Assembly (NCBI RefSeq): GCF_947568905.1
Contig: NC_079164.1
Coordinates: forward strand, 111,228,001 to 111,292,000
Direction of reading: 5' to 3'
Length of the DNA: 64,000 nt
Source of the DNA: Ostrea edulis
Taxonomy: Eukaryota
Made by a program: the position numbers and the translations under genes. The notes below the pieces were generated by a model. It worked only from the letters and a program-made list of their open reading frames with translations, searched no databases and was not told the DNA's origin. Positions 12,409 to 25,012 of this stretch are shown piece after piece; the first letter of the stretch is position 1, and each line of letters begins with the position of its first letter.

Positions 12409-13906
12409 TACTAGCGGAAAAAAGAAACTGTGCATTGTAAAATTTCGTACAATTTTTCTATATTTATTGTTTATGTTTATAAAATCTAAACAATCGATAA
12501 AGGTGATGTTTTTTTAACAATATCGGATAGTACCCGACTCAGATGCACGGACGTTTTCATGGTTAGTGAACACGTTGTTTATTGAAGTGTTCGTACGCAC
12601 GATTTTTTCTGGCTAATACTGTTTGGAGTAAGAAGTGTAAAAGGTTTGTTTGGATACTATTCGTTACGGAAAGCACTTTAGTTTTGACAAAATTTACCCT
12701 TCTGTCATGCCACGACTCGGCAAAAACCAACGTAATCGTGCTGTTGAGATGCTTCAAGCTGGAATGGCACAAAATATCGTAGCAAGAAACTTTGGAGTTC
12801 ATCGGAACACCACCCAGTCATTATGGAGACGTTTCCAACAATATGGTAACACTCGGGATCGACCACGTTCTGGGCGTATTCGTGTGACGTGGCGTCGACA
12901 GGACAGCCATATTATACTTATGCATCCGAGAAATCGTTTCCAGACAGCACGTTTGACTGCTCATAGCATTCCTGGACTTCGACCAATCAATCCAAGAACT
13001 GTCCGTAATCGTCTACGCGAGCACAACATCAGACCAAGACGTCCAGCGGTGCGCCCAATACTGCTTCAACGTCATCGTATCGTCATCGTATCGCTAGACT
13101 AGCGTGGTGCAGACGACGTCTGCGATTCAGAATACAGGACTTGGACAATATTCTGTTCACTGATGAATCCAGATTTCATTTGGATAGCAGTGACGGCCGT
13201 TGTAGAGTGTATCGTCACGTTTGGGAGCGGTGTCAGGATGCTTGTGTTGTGCAACGTCCACAATTCGGTGGAGGTAACACTATGGTGTGGGGTGGAATAA
13301 CAGCACGTGGAAAGACCCCTCTACAAATTGTCAATGGAAATCTCACCGGCGTACGCTATCGAGACGAAATTATTCAGCGAAATGTGATACCATTCATACA
13401 GAGACAGCAAAATCACATCACTCTGCAGCAAGACAATGCAAGGCCACATGTTGCACGTGCAGTCAGGGACTTTTTTGTTCAACAGAATGTCGATGTCTTA
13501 CCTTGGCCAGCTGTTTCCCCTGATATATCGCCGATTGAGCACGTCTGGGATGAAATGGAACGACGTCTATCCTGTTTACCAAATCGGTCAGTGACATTTG
13601 CTGATTTAGGCCAGGCTTTAACCATATCTGAACACTTTAGTGGCATCAATGAGGCGCCGTTGTCAAGGATGCGTGAATGCAAATGGTGGTCACACGCGTT
13701 ATTAACTTTGTTAATTCAAGTTCGAATACAAGTGTCTTTCGAGTGTGCTGAAATTGACGTTATTCAACGTAAACAGTAATGGAATATGAAATGTTGTAAC
13801 GAATACATTTGTTAACAGTATTACAAAAAATAAAAAAAAATCATTCTTATTTATCATTATTTTCTTCATATATTAAATAATGCACAGTTTATTTTTTCCG
13901 CTAGTA
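12409..13906 (+). mobile_element. Complete Tc1-family DNA transposon
   Basis: 28-bp TIRs tactagcggaaaaaa(g/t)aaactgtgcatt with one mismatch, flanked by TA on both sides (12407-08, 13907-08). Encloses a transposase gene. Confidence 0.95.
12707..13705 (+). pseudogene. Tc1 transposase (DD34E), frameshifted
   Basis: MPRLGKNQRNRAVEML (HTH), FTDESRF, QQDNARPH-(34 aa spacing)-SPDISPIEHVWD, ending GGHTRY*. Broken by an 11-bp tandem duplication near 13071-13092 and a deletion near 13625. Confidence 0.93.
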
Positions 13907-15931
13907 TATATTCGGTATATCTGATAGTTAAACTTCATGGACAAATATTTTTTTTAAAAAGGAACCGACCCTTGATCGATTATTCATCTTGACACTCCTA
14001 TTCCCACCTCCAGTTTTTTCATCGATTTCAAATTTCTTGGTTATTGACTACAACACGATTAGGAATGTATATATTTGCATTAGGAGCAACTTTGAATGAC
14101 GAGTTGCCTTTATGCTGGTGATACTAGGTATGATTTCCATATTCTGTTTGGTGACTTGTAAAGAACAGTAAGATTTGCCAATCAGAATTCTATGAAAGAA
14201 TTCCGTTATATGATATTATTTATTATACTATTTACTTGTTTCAACATCATGAACTTCATACGTCTACCGTTAATCTATATCTCTTAGTTCAAATAACAAA
14301 TTCCTTGAAATCATTATATAATTCATATCTGTTTTTGTATTTTCACACTGTACATTATGTATAGTGGATATTGCTAAATAACAATCAAAATCCCGAATAT
14401 GTCTCTCCAAAGTTAATATTAAGGTACACACCATCAAATGCCCATCCGAGGTCATTGCGTGATAAATCGGACCAACCTGTTGTGCACGGCTTCCACTCAA
14501 CGACTGGTGGTGAACATCTGCCCTAATATTCGATCAAAAATCGTTATATTACTTTTTTTCAAATTTAAGAATGAAAATTCGAATTTCACAAGCGCACATT
14601 CGTCAAAATTCACGTTTCTGTTTGCGTCCATTATTTGCAAACATAACTGACATTAAGGTACTACCAAACAGTATTCGATTTTGGAAACACCTGTGGCCTC
14701 GCTTTTCACGTTTACAACAGTTCAGCACATCAGAATCGGGCTGTATCGTTAACTCACGTGTGTAACAAGAGTTCATTTCAAAACAACAACGGTGCTAGCT
14801 ATGGCATCACAGTCAATCACACTACGTTACAAATATATGGTGAAGTATGAAGCGCGAGCTTCGGGGTGGCTACAACAACGCTACCATTCAGAGTCTCTCT
14901 AATGCGGCATAAAAATCAAATAATCGATGCAATTGGCTCATTTGGGCTGACCAAAGCACCAGTTACCCGTTGTTTGTGTGTAGCACCAATTAACGGGAAA
15001 CCAATTTAACATTTACGCGGCGTTTGAGGCAAGCGTTAGTAGCAACAGGTAATACAAATGACACTAGTCTCGTACAAAATTTATAGCGCGAAATTCTACG
15101 TAAATAGCTCAGCATTTTCGTCGCAAACCATGCATAGTGTCTCCGTTCACACTATGTCATAGCCGTGGCTGTATGATTAAGAAAACCCTCGACTTTCAAC
15201 TACTTAAGTTCATATGCAAACTAATCGGAATGTTTCGAGGGATAGAAGGAAGCGGAATAATCCGAGGATTGCCTATCGGGAAAACTGACAAAGTACGCAT
15301 AGCCTCTGTTATTAAGGCAAATTTCGTTTAACATATAACTATATGACATATAACTATATACTTGACTTGCCTCTAAGAGTGATCTGTCATCGTTTTGTCT
15401 GATATTATTTGTAAACAAACGCCACGAGTTTAACCTGTGGGTGCAGCCAATAAAATATATTATTGGCCAATAATTGATTGTGTTAATTCATCAAAATCGA
15501 GGTTTTCAATTATCAAACAGCCACTATATCAGGTAGGGTAGTTACTTCCAGATTTAGTAAGCGTGGCCAGCAATCCATGATGGTCTCAGTGTAATTAAGT
15601 CCGGGTATTCTCTATGCAATATATAAGTAACATATCACAACATCACTGTGACGCGGACAACTTTCCTCTGTTATGGTCTCAGCAGTAAAACTGATGCAAG
15701 GGAATTTCTTTTACATAAGAATAAGATCATTCCATCTGAAGTCGGGATTTTAAAGCATACAAATAACTTAAAGCTCTGTACTGTTATTTACCGTTATCAA
15801 CATTTTGCGAGTGGGCAATTTATGTTGTAGGATCGCTGTACCCCCATGACTGGGCATTCATGAATTATTCACATATCTTGTACATGCTCTATGGCTACGA
15901 TACACAATCCTTTTCTTTTTTTATTTTGTAG

Positions 15932-15950
15932 AAATGGAGATAGAGCGCAT
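15932..15950 (+). CDS. Receptor microexon (19 nt, KMEIER)
   Basis: Strong acceptor cttttcttttttttattttgtag and consensus donor gtaagt. Phase 1 to 2, exactly bridging exon B and the next exon. Confidence 0.75.
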
Positions 15951-16200
15951 GTAAGTTTCGCTAACATCACCTATTGCAATCATTTCTGCATACTTGTAGG
16001 GTGAAATGAACAGTTTTGAATTTATGTCTAGTCTCGAATGCAGTATTAAGTAACAAAGAAACATAGATCATTACAGAGGTTTTCAAAATAATATTTTGAA
16101 TGTTTCTTTTTTCGAAAGCTATATTTAATTTGCTCCTGAGTATCGTATGTTACAGTCCTCTAAGTCTCCATTTAGCACACAACACTTTCCATTAAATGTA

Positions 16201-16440
16201 TGAAAAGGTGAATATAACAAACAGTGATTAATTTCCTATAATCAATACAAAATTACGAGTTTGGCAGACACGGACCCTGGATATACTCGTAGGAGAGGCG
16301 ACATCAGGTACCTAGAAGGCGTAAGCATACCCTGTCTACCAGTCTCACCCGCTTTGAGCCATATACCTTTACCAGGTAAACGGAGTAGTCTGTATCTAAA
16401 ACAAATGTGTCCAGAACGACCTAGCAATTGGTATTCAACA
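16201..16440 (-). mobile_element. Naiad-type 3' end
   Basis: gaaaaggtgaatataacaaacagtgat...ggaccctggatatac...caggtacctagaagg...accaggtaaacggag. Confidence 0.8.
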
Positions 16441-16445
16441 CATCA

Positions 16446-16638
16446 TACATCGTCGGAAACCCACGGTCGGTCTCACTTCTTTTACCTCCCGTTGGAGACA
16501 ACGCCGACATTTTTGCATAACTCATTAAAATGCATGACCGTATGTGATCTATCGAGGACCAATTGGAATCGCCGTAAGTATACCCGGAACACTACGGGTC
16601 AGCAGAAATGGCACCGCCAACGGGTTTCCGACGATGTA
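16446..16638. mobile_element. MITE-like element
   Basis: Perfect 17-bp inverted ends tacatcgtcggaaaccc / gggtttccgacgatgta, whose outer TA could be a Tc1/mariner-type TSD. Confidence 0.6.
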
Positions 16639-17532
16639 CGTCATACAGCATTTAACCTAATGTCAGGCTGTTATATCGACCATATAATTCTCGAAATGCT
16701 GTATATGACCATATTTCCTTCAAATGAGTAGTGTGTTATATCGTAACTGTAATCCATGTGTGGAAAGGTGGATGCAAAAACGACCACGAAACTTCTTCGA
16801 GTTTACTGCTAAGATATAACACGTATTCCACAGGTCTGGTCACCAATGACTATAAACGCTTGTACTTTTTAGAATATTACCATGATAAATAAAGCATATG
16901 TCTTGTTACATACTAGAAATTAATATTTTGTGTGATGTTATTAACCTAACATCAAGTAGATCAAAACAATAGGTTCATGGCGAGTATGTGTTGTCAACAT
17001 TGGGGCTAACTTCCCCTATGTACCCTATATCACCTCTGCTGTTTCCATGAGTTTGTGATTGCCCAACTCTCGATCTATATATGTTTTAAAGAATTAAGAA
17101 AATGATTGCTGTGCGTTATTTTCACGTTTATCATTCTTTGTAAGCTTTGTCTTAAAACAACCATGTAGAAAAATGCACAGCTATCAATAACATTTTTAAA
17201 ACTTAAATGTTCGGGGGATCAAGGGGTCATGCGCGATATTCACATATGGCTGGTACATTTGGTTAAGTGGGTCAGGAATTTAACACCAAGCATAGGTTAA
17301 AGTATGTACTCTGATTAGAGTGATTCCCCGTGTAGTTTTTGTGTATTTATCAGTCGCAGTATTATGGAAATTCAGATGACAGATTCCATATCAAATCTCT
17401 TATTTCAAATGTCGGATGAAACATCTCAGCATCCGTGCGGTAGTCTAGTATTATTGCAATGTCATCGCACCGGAAGGGCTTGATTTCGATTCTGCATTCC
17501 TGTAAATGCGTGAAACTTTATCGTTCAACATG

Positions 17533-17677
17533 AAATGTGAAGATAGTGAACAGTGATAAATCTCACAACTCCTATAATCAATACAAAATAGGGAGTTGGG
17601 CAAACAAGGTCCCTGGATATACCAGAGGTGGAATCGGGTGCCCAGGAGGAGTAAGCAGTCCCTGTCGACTGGTCATA
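17533..17677 (-). mobile_element. Naiad-type 3'UTR fragment
   Basis: gaaatgtgaagatagtgaacagtgat...ccctggatataccagaggtgg...gtaagcagtccctgtcgactggtca. Confidence 0.8.
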
Positions 17678-17925
17678 ACATATTTCGTGATTATTCATTC
17701 GTCAAGTACGTGGTATTAGAGATTTGGGGATAACTTAGCTGTCCATATGATTGATTGGTTGGGGTTTTACGCCGTTTTGGCAATAGTTCAGCCATTTGAC
17801 GGCGGCACTGTCCATATGCATACTTATACTTAAACTATTGTTTGTAATGTACTGTCATGCTACGATGATAGCCAATCCCCACTTAAAGTGACGTTAACAT
17901 GCTAATTCAGCCAATTGTATTATAG

Positions 17926-17984
17926 AGATGAAAATGTAAAAGCAGCTGAACTGTCTCAAGATGGATCTCAAATATCTTTGGCAG
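17926..17984 (+). CDS. Receptor cytoplasmic exon (IDENVKAAELSQDGSQISLA)
   Basis: ttgtattatag|A...GCAG|gtaagt, phase 2 to 1. An alternative in-frame acceptor at 17911 would add QLYYR. Confidence 0.75.
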
Positions 17985-18995
17985 GTAAGTAATTGCATCC
18001 AGCTTAAGAATATTGATAACTTCTACATACGGAACTGCCTGTCGAGTCCAACATCCAATGCTAAGTAGGTATAGGAAAAGCATTTTGAATGTTGATATCT
18101 TCCTTTTTTTCTTATTCGTGTAGGAATTTTATTTTCCAATGAACAGATAATTGATTCGGGTGGGTCTACTTCGATATTTTTTTATTCGTCGTAAACATTT
18201 TGATGATTATCATGCAACTAAAGCAAATATTATCATAATTCCTAACATTATATATATCTGATCTATTCTATATAATTTACCTAACCTGATCCAAAGATTT
18301 GCATGTCAGGTTTCCTGATAAAAAAAATGTGCATCTGTGTCTCTGTTAAATCTTCACAAAATTCTGCTAAATGAATACACCTGAGAATCCTGGACGACAT
18401 TTGCAGAGGTTAGCCTTGCTCAATGACCGATGTCAATTTCAAGCAGTTTAATTGGTGGACCAGTAACCTCAAATTAGAGTTTTTTGGTTTAATTCTGGTC
18501 TAATTCGCTTTTTTATTCCCACTTTGCTCTATAGTAATAAATTACAATGTGTAATGCAGTAGACCTAACCCCTTGAACTGACAGGTGAGTAACCTGCTCT
18601 GGTGTGCGATTCCTCAACAGTGAACGCTTTAATGACGTAAAAAAGTCACCATCATCCGTTAGCCAGATAGCACAGTTTTTGACGTATCTAATATTCTAAA
18701 GTCACGGGTTCATATATTGAACCTCCGTTAGGTCCGATGGGATTATGACCTATTTCAGTCAAGTATAGTCATACTTATGAATGAATATATAATGTGCCAG
18801 TATCCTCATGTCGTGTAGATCCATTTTAATTTGCATCATAAGCTTTAGAACCATTATAGGATTTAATATTTACATGGTAAAATGTATCTTCGCTGGTTAG
18901 CAATGCACCCCATGGGTCTTTTATGGAGCTAGTTTGTTTGGATCAAGTATAAGTGCAAATTCATAAGTCGTTTCATGCTCATTTCTAACATTATC

Positions 18996-20250
18996 TATCT
19001 CACCGGATCTGACAGCTCAAGTCAGCTCTTCTGACCACCCGTTGTCCGTTGTCCGTCTCTCTGTCCGTTCGACTGTCTATAAATATTTCATATTTTCGAC
19101 TTCTCAAGAATAGTTGGGCCAATTTCAACCAAACTTGTCATAAACCAACCCTTCGAAAGGGGTTGAAGTTTATTTACACGAATGGTTATGTTCACCTCAA
19201 AGGAGGAGATAATCTCAAAACTTCGGTGGGATCATTTGCAAATCTTCTCAAGAACCACTAGGCCAGAAAAGCTAGATTGACAGAAAAGTTTTCGGACATA
19301 GTGCAGATTTAACTTTGTTAAAACATTGACCCATTGGTGTACGTTGCAGCCAAACTAGGGGATCAAAGTTAAACATACAGGTATATAAAAAAAATCTTTA
19401 AAAATCTTCTTCGCAAGAACCACTGAACCAGAAGAGTGGAACGTTTTGATTTAGAGAATATTCAAGTTTAATGTTCAAATAATGGCCCCCAGGGGTAGGA
19501 TGGGGCCACAATAGAAGATCAAAGTGTTCATGTAGATGCATAGCTAAAATAGGGGATCAAATTTTTTACATGCGAATATGTAGGGGAACTCTGTAAAAAT
19601 CGTCTCAAGAACCAACGGGCTGTAAGAGTGGAAATGGAAATGAGATATTCCTGATATAGAGCAGATTCGAACTTGTTCAGATCATGGCCCTCAAGGATAG
19701 GGTTTGGCACATTAGGGGATCAAATTTTTACATGCTGATATCTCGACAAATCTTCTTCTCTGGAACCACTGGCGCCTATTTAAATTAACCGTGACACAAA
19801 TAATTCTTGGGTAAAGGAATCCACGTTTGTTCAAATCAAAAGTCATACCCCCTTGCAAGGGAAAATAATCACAAAAAATGCAAAACTATGGTGTGCTTTA
19901 AAGAATATTCATCTCAAGAACCAATGGGCTAGAAAAGCTGATATTTACATGATAGTTTCCCGACAAACTGGAGATTCGAGTTTGTAAAAACCATAGACAC
20001 TCGTGTTAGGGTGGGGCCAAATCAGGGGATGTCACTTTTTACATGTCAATATGAAAGGTCATACCCGTCTACAAAGGCATATGATAATGAATGAATTTGT
20101 AGTCAAGGTAAACAATTAAGTTTGATGATTAATGAATTTTTAATCGGTACCTTTGACACGTTATTTTCTGAACCAGGCTGCTTGTATAATGATGGTTTAT
20201 TGATAGGAACTGCTGATTAGTTGAGCGATGTGGCCTATGGGCCTCTTGTT
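18996..20250 (+). mobile_element. Helentron-type non-autonomous element with tandem satellite core (oyster Cg170-like)
   Basis: Starts with ctcacc...gctcaagtcagctcttctgacc and a (gtcc/gtct)n microsatellite. Recurrent ttctcaagaaccact/ggggccacaatagggg units roughly every 160-170 bp. Ends gagcgatgtggcctatgggcctcttgtt. Confidence 0.75.
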
Positions 20251-20683
20251 ATTATATGATATAGTACGGGATTTGAATGGTATGATATATCTACATGGCA
20301 TCTTTCTCTTATATTTTTTTATTTTTCTTTCATACAAACAAACAAACATTGAAGTCAATACCAATGACATTTGTTTTGAAACACTCTCTACGCCTGAACA
20401 CTTTCAAAGAGTACATACATACCGTACACATAAGAAGAACATATCTAGTTAAGTGATAGATAGATTTGGTATTTTATCTTGCAATAAACAAATGAAAATA
20501 TATTGCTTAGCATAGAGAATAATACAATTAATGAATTTGTTATCAGTGTAGATTGATATAAGATGACATGCTGTGTTAAAGTATGCCATGCTATGATACT
20601 TTACGAATCACATTTTCTCCAGACGTGTTTCCAAATATCCATTTCATTAAAAGAGAAAAATGGTTTAAGTATATGTAACAAAT

Positions 20684-21301
20684 AAAAGACACTACAGAGT
20701 CGTCCACTTCTGCTTCATACTTATATATTTTATTGAAAGTAGACATTAACGGCAAACTGACAACTCAGCTGTATGACAAACGGGATGACTGCAGCTTTTC
20801 CATCGTCAACTTCCCATATTTATGTAGCAATATTCCATTATCACTTGTGTATGGTGTGTATATCTCTCAATTGATTCGATATGCACGAGATTGTTCTGCG
20901 TATAGTCAGTTTTTAAATCCAGTGAAGCTACTGACAAACAAGTTGATGGTACAGGAGTTTCAACAGTCTCGATTAAAGTCAGCATTTCGCAAATCATATG
21001 GTCGTTATAAGGATCAGGTTCGTCAATACAACCTATCATTAGGGCAAATGCTGTCTGACGTGTTTTATGCCGGTTGTTAAACCGTTCTTGGCACAATGAT
21101 TTTGACTACGGATAACTCCGTTTACCTGATCAGGACATAGGGCTCACGGCGGGTGTGACTGGTCAACAGGAAATGCTTGCTCATCCTAGGCACCTGATCC
21201 CACCTCTTGTGTGTTCAGGGATCCATGTTTGCCCGACTATCTATTTTGTATTGCTTATGGGAATTATGAGATTGATCACTGTTCGTTATATTCACCTTTC
21301 A
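20684..21301 (+). mobile_element. Naiad-type element, RT thumb plus 3'UTR
   Basis: ORF 20733-21080 (LYDKRDD...NFPYLCSNIP...YISQLIRYAR...GQMLSDVF) followed by the 3'UTR. Confidence 0.92.
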
Positions 21302-21381
21302 CTCATATGATAAAATTCAGTAGAAGATTATTTTATACACACTTGCTGCTTTTTCATTGAATTAATATTTGTATTTTTCAG

Positions 21382-21403
21382 AGCAAAATATACAGGGAGA
21401 AAG
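21382..21403 (+). CDS. Receptor microexon (22 nt, EQNIQGE-R)
   Basis: ttgtatttttcag|AG...AAAG|gtagat, phase 1 to 2, required to put exon 28799 in frame. Confidence 0.65.
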
Positions 21404-22382
21404 GTAGATACAACTATTGGAAGGGAAGTGGTGATGTAATGCTTTGAGAATTTATTCATAGCTTTGAACATGAATGCAGTTAACATATACTTATTGCTGG
21501 AATATTTTCCATTTGTTTCTGAAAAAGGTTTTGCATTAAAACTGGCTTCAATTATTACTTAATTAGTCCATTTAATGCATGCTATTTATTTGTTGTGATG
21601 AAAGGTGCTGATACTGATAATGCATGCACCTAAACACATTCGGTCATTTATTTCTAGATACCATTGCTGAAAAAAAAGAAGTTAGAAATCAGTACAAATA
21701 TTATTGTTATTCAAATACATGGACTTATTTTCAACTAAATACGGAAAATTTATGTAAATTAAACTGTTGACACGCAACATACGTTTCGTTCAATTTTGCA
21801 ATTCTCTAAATATGTCACAAGTACCCCCTCCCTCCAAAAAAGACACCCCTCTCCTTTTCTCAGGCTCCTGCTCTTATTTGCCTTGGAGCAAAATATCATA
21901 CAATAGCTGGGCTCGTATAAATATTGATGAAAATACTTTGATTATCTATTTTCACATCTGAAAAGCACGTGCTGCGAAAATTATAGGATTGGTAAATAAA
22001 TTACATATGCGTGTATACCGTAAGTACCTAATACACTCTTCTTAAAGTACATGACGTTGAAGGCCTGTTTATGTTCACAAAATAGCGGATAATGCATCCA
22101 AATCATGTGCTATCTTATTTTGTATAGAGCTACTCCGGGTACGTTATCAAGTTCGAACATATTTTCGTAATGAAGAGGCTTCTAGTACAACTTTTGTTAT
22201 TTTTTTTTTAAATATCGACTATGCGGGCTAGATTTATAGCCATGTGAAAGCTAGCAAAATTTAAATTAGGTTGGTCTTAGGATGATTGTAAGATTATCAC
22301 ATTTTTAAAAACATTTTTGTCACGCAATCCTTTGCCTTTTTAGGCTTTTATATAGAAGAAATTCCACTTATAATGAAAAAGT

Positions 22383-22638
22383 TACCTGTAGGTGTTCAAT
22401 AAATTGACAATTGATGTCCATTATTTTTAAGAAAAAACAGATACTGTCCGTTCTTAAAAATAATGGACAGTAATTGTCAACTTATTGGACAGTGCCAGGA
22501 AAACCCACAGGGGTTACGCCCGTTTGCGCCCGAACTCAGTGATACCATAAATACATATTTATGGTATCACTGAGTTCGGGCCCAAACGGGCTTAGCCCCT
22601 TTGGGTAAACCCAAAAACTTATTAGACATCTACAGGTA
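22383..22638. repeat. Cluster of nested palindromes / MITE-like element
   Basis: Hairpin at about 22385-22498, a 50-bp-arm palindrome at 22504-22605 (4 mismatches, 2-nt loop), and outer inverted ends tacctgtaggtgttcaataa / ttattagacatctacaggta. Confidence 0.75.
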
Positions 22639-23460
22639 GGCTGAAAATAAAAGAGAGATAATACATGTACATTTGTCAAAGACATACAAATTGATTTGAA
22701 TTTTAAATATCCTACAAGTAAGAATCATCACAGATATTGGAAAAATCATTGAAACACTTAAAAACGATATTTCCCCTTAGTAGAATTCTTTGCTCCAACT
22801 TTAAGATTCACAAAGTTTTAATGTCCATTGGCAATTATTATATCACATCAAAACTTAAATTTGAGAGACATATTTCCATGCTGTATTTGAATTTCGCTGG
22901 ATCCAGAGGTACGGTACATTCCGACATTTCTTTACAACGCTTTTTTAAATGTTTTATTTGTTAACATATCCTAATTTTGAAATTATCATTTTCGCTTTCA
23001 TGAATAATTTCATTTCATTTCACGAGATGGGCGTATTGGGTTCTTTTGGCTGGCATTAATTATCTCCTAAACCAAATATTCAAAAACACAATGTTTTTCA
23101 GATGAAAATTTGGCTCCATAACCTTCTCACCCTCCTTATTTTTTTTATCATATAACACTCATTAACATAATATTCGCAGTACTTTCATTAAAATCATTTT
23201 GATTGTGCAATGAAAATGCTCTCCCTATCAAATGACGATATCTTCATATGACTTAGTAATACATCGGGAGTGAATATAAAACCTGCAGTACAAGATTACT
23301 TACCTGACATTGCTCAGTAAGTGAACAGTTGAAACAGACTTCTCGGCAATATTTGTTATATTGTCCGACTATTCAAAAATAGCTTTATTCATACTTACCA
23401 TTGTCAGTGGGTTTACCTGAACCTGTCCACTTTTAGAACAAAATGTGTAATGTTTTAAGT

Positions 23461-23572
23461 AGGATATAAGCATCAAACTGTCCATTCTGTGAGAGAAAGA
23501 ACTGATCTCGACCCTACAGGCCTCGATCAGTTCTTTCTCTCACAGAATAGACAGTGTTTGGCTTGTATCCTT
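23461..23572. repeat. Palindromic MITE-like element
   Basis: 31-bp arms at 23477-23507 and 23525-23555 with one mismatch and a 17-nt spacer; weaker pairing extends outward. Confidence 0.75.
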
Positions 23573-25012
23573 TACTTAGATATAATTTTACAAATGAAAA
23601 ACTATTATAACATTCATTTTCAAACGAAAGAGATGAACAATCTTTTGAAATCATCTTCATTCTAAAACATAGGAATAGGAAAAATTAGACTTGATTTGAT
23701 TCCGGAAAATAACGAACATTTATACCAACAGACAAAGCTACGGTAGATTAGTTGGTAAAGTGGTCGCTTCCTGTGTAGCAGGTAGTCTTCGGCAGATCTA
23801 GTTAATCAAACCGTGTGGTCGCTGCTTCTTCGCCAAACGCTTGCAGTTGGCATTGTCAATGCTAGTCGTCGGTCTTTCTAATGAGACATTAAAAGCTGAA
23901 ATTCCCTTTCATGGTAACCGGTGGTATGATAAAGACTCCTCATTGCTAAATGGTTCAAAGTCTCCAACATGTTTCAGAATATGTGGCAGTTCACCTGAGG
24001 TTGGTGACGTTTTTAATGAGTGAAATATCAACAAATCAAACGCCTAAACTCGCTTGGACACATCTTGGCAACAGCACAACGCTGTTGTAGAAATGTTTAA
24101 AATTAATCAACATTATTTAGTTAAAATTAGCCAGTGTAAATTACTGTTAATGTTCAATTTTAGTGTCTATCATTAGTACCGTAAATGATTGTTACCAGTA
24201 AAATAGCCTGTATGTATTTTTTTGACCATGAGTGTAACATTTTTGAGAGAAAAGTATCATGTATGCAACGTTCATTTGTTATACACTTAATGCTGAGAAT
24301 TGAAAAGTGTTAATTAGTAATTTGAAAAATCGCTACGATGAAACACAATCGTTGTCATCACTTGTTCTGTCCTCAGAATTTAATGCGTCTTTATGGCGAA
24401 GCTAACGCTTATATATATAGCAACACAAATTAAGGTTCCAGTGTATGACATCGGTCGCTAACTTTAACACGTGGTTTTTGAAACTTTGCTAGGATTAATC
24501 GTAAGACATATATCTTAGAACAAATCTTATGACACTCTTAGGACTATCTTATGACAATCTTAAATTGTAAGCCAAAGATGTCTTAGGATTGTTCTATTAA
24601 AATTGGAATTGGAATGGTCTTAGGATGGTCGTAAGATTATCATACTTTTTAATATCAATTTACGAATGAAGAAGTATTATAACATTCATTTTCAAACCAA
24701 AAGGTGGGCATTTTTTAAAAATCATCTTTAGTTTAAAACATAGAAATGGGAATAAATTAGATTTGATTTAATTCCGGAAAATGACGAACATTTATATCAA
24801 TTATTTTAAAAGATGAAATACATCTACAAAACCAAGCAGTCCACCAACTTCAATTGCAATTATTGGTATTATGAAAATAGTCAATTATATTATGATTTGT
24901 GAGGTGAAAATGAATAATTATTTAAGACTTTTTCCCTATGGAATATGAATTGAGAAGTAAGACAAACAATATTTTAAATTACAACAAATAAATTAAAATA
25001 AAGGTCCCAATA

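Noticed and set aside
14560-15130. Possible second, highly decayed Tc1 on the minus strand
   Set aside because: No recognisable DDE motif or TIR pair.
16261-16731. 156-aa ORF
   Set aside because: It is the antisense of a Naiad UTR run into a MITE, with no protein-like motifs.
18559-18583. Strong donor CAG|gtgagt inside a receptor intron
   Set aside because: Every nearby acceptor gives an in-frame stop. It is at most a poison or cryptic exon, with no further support.
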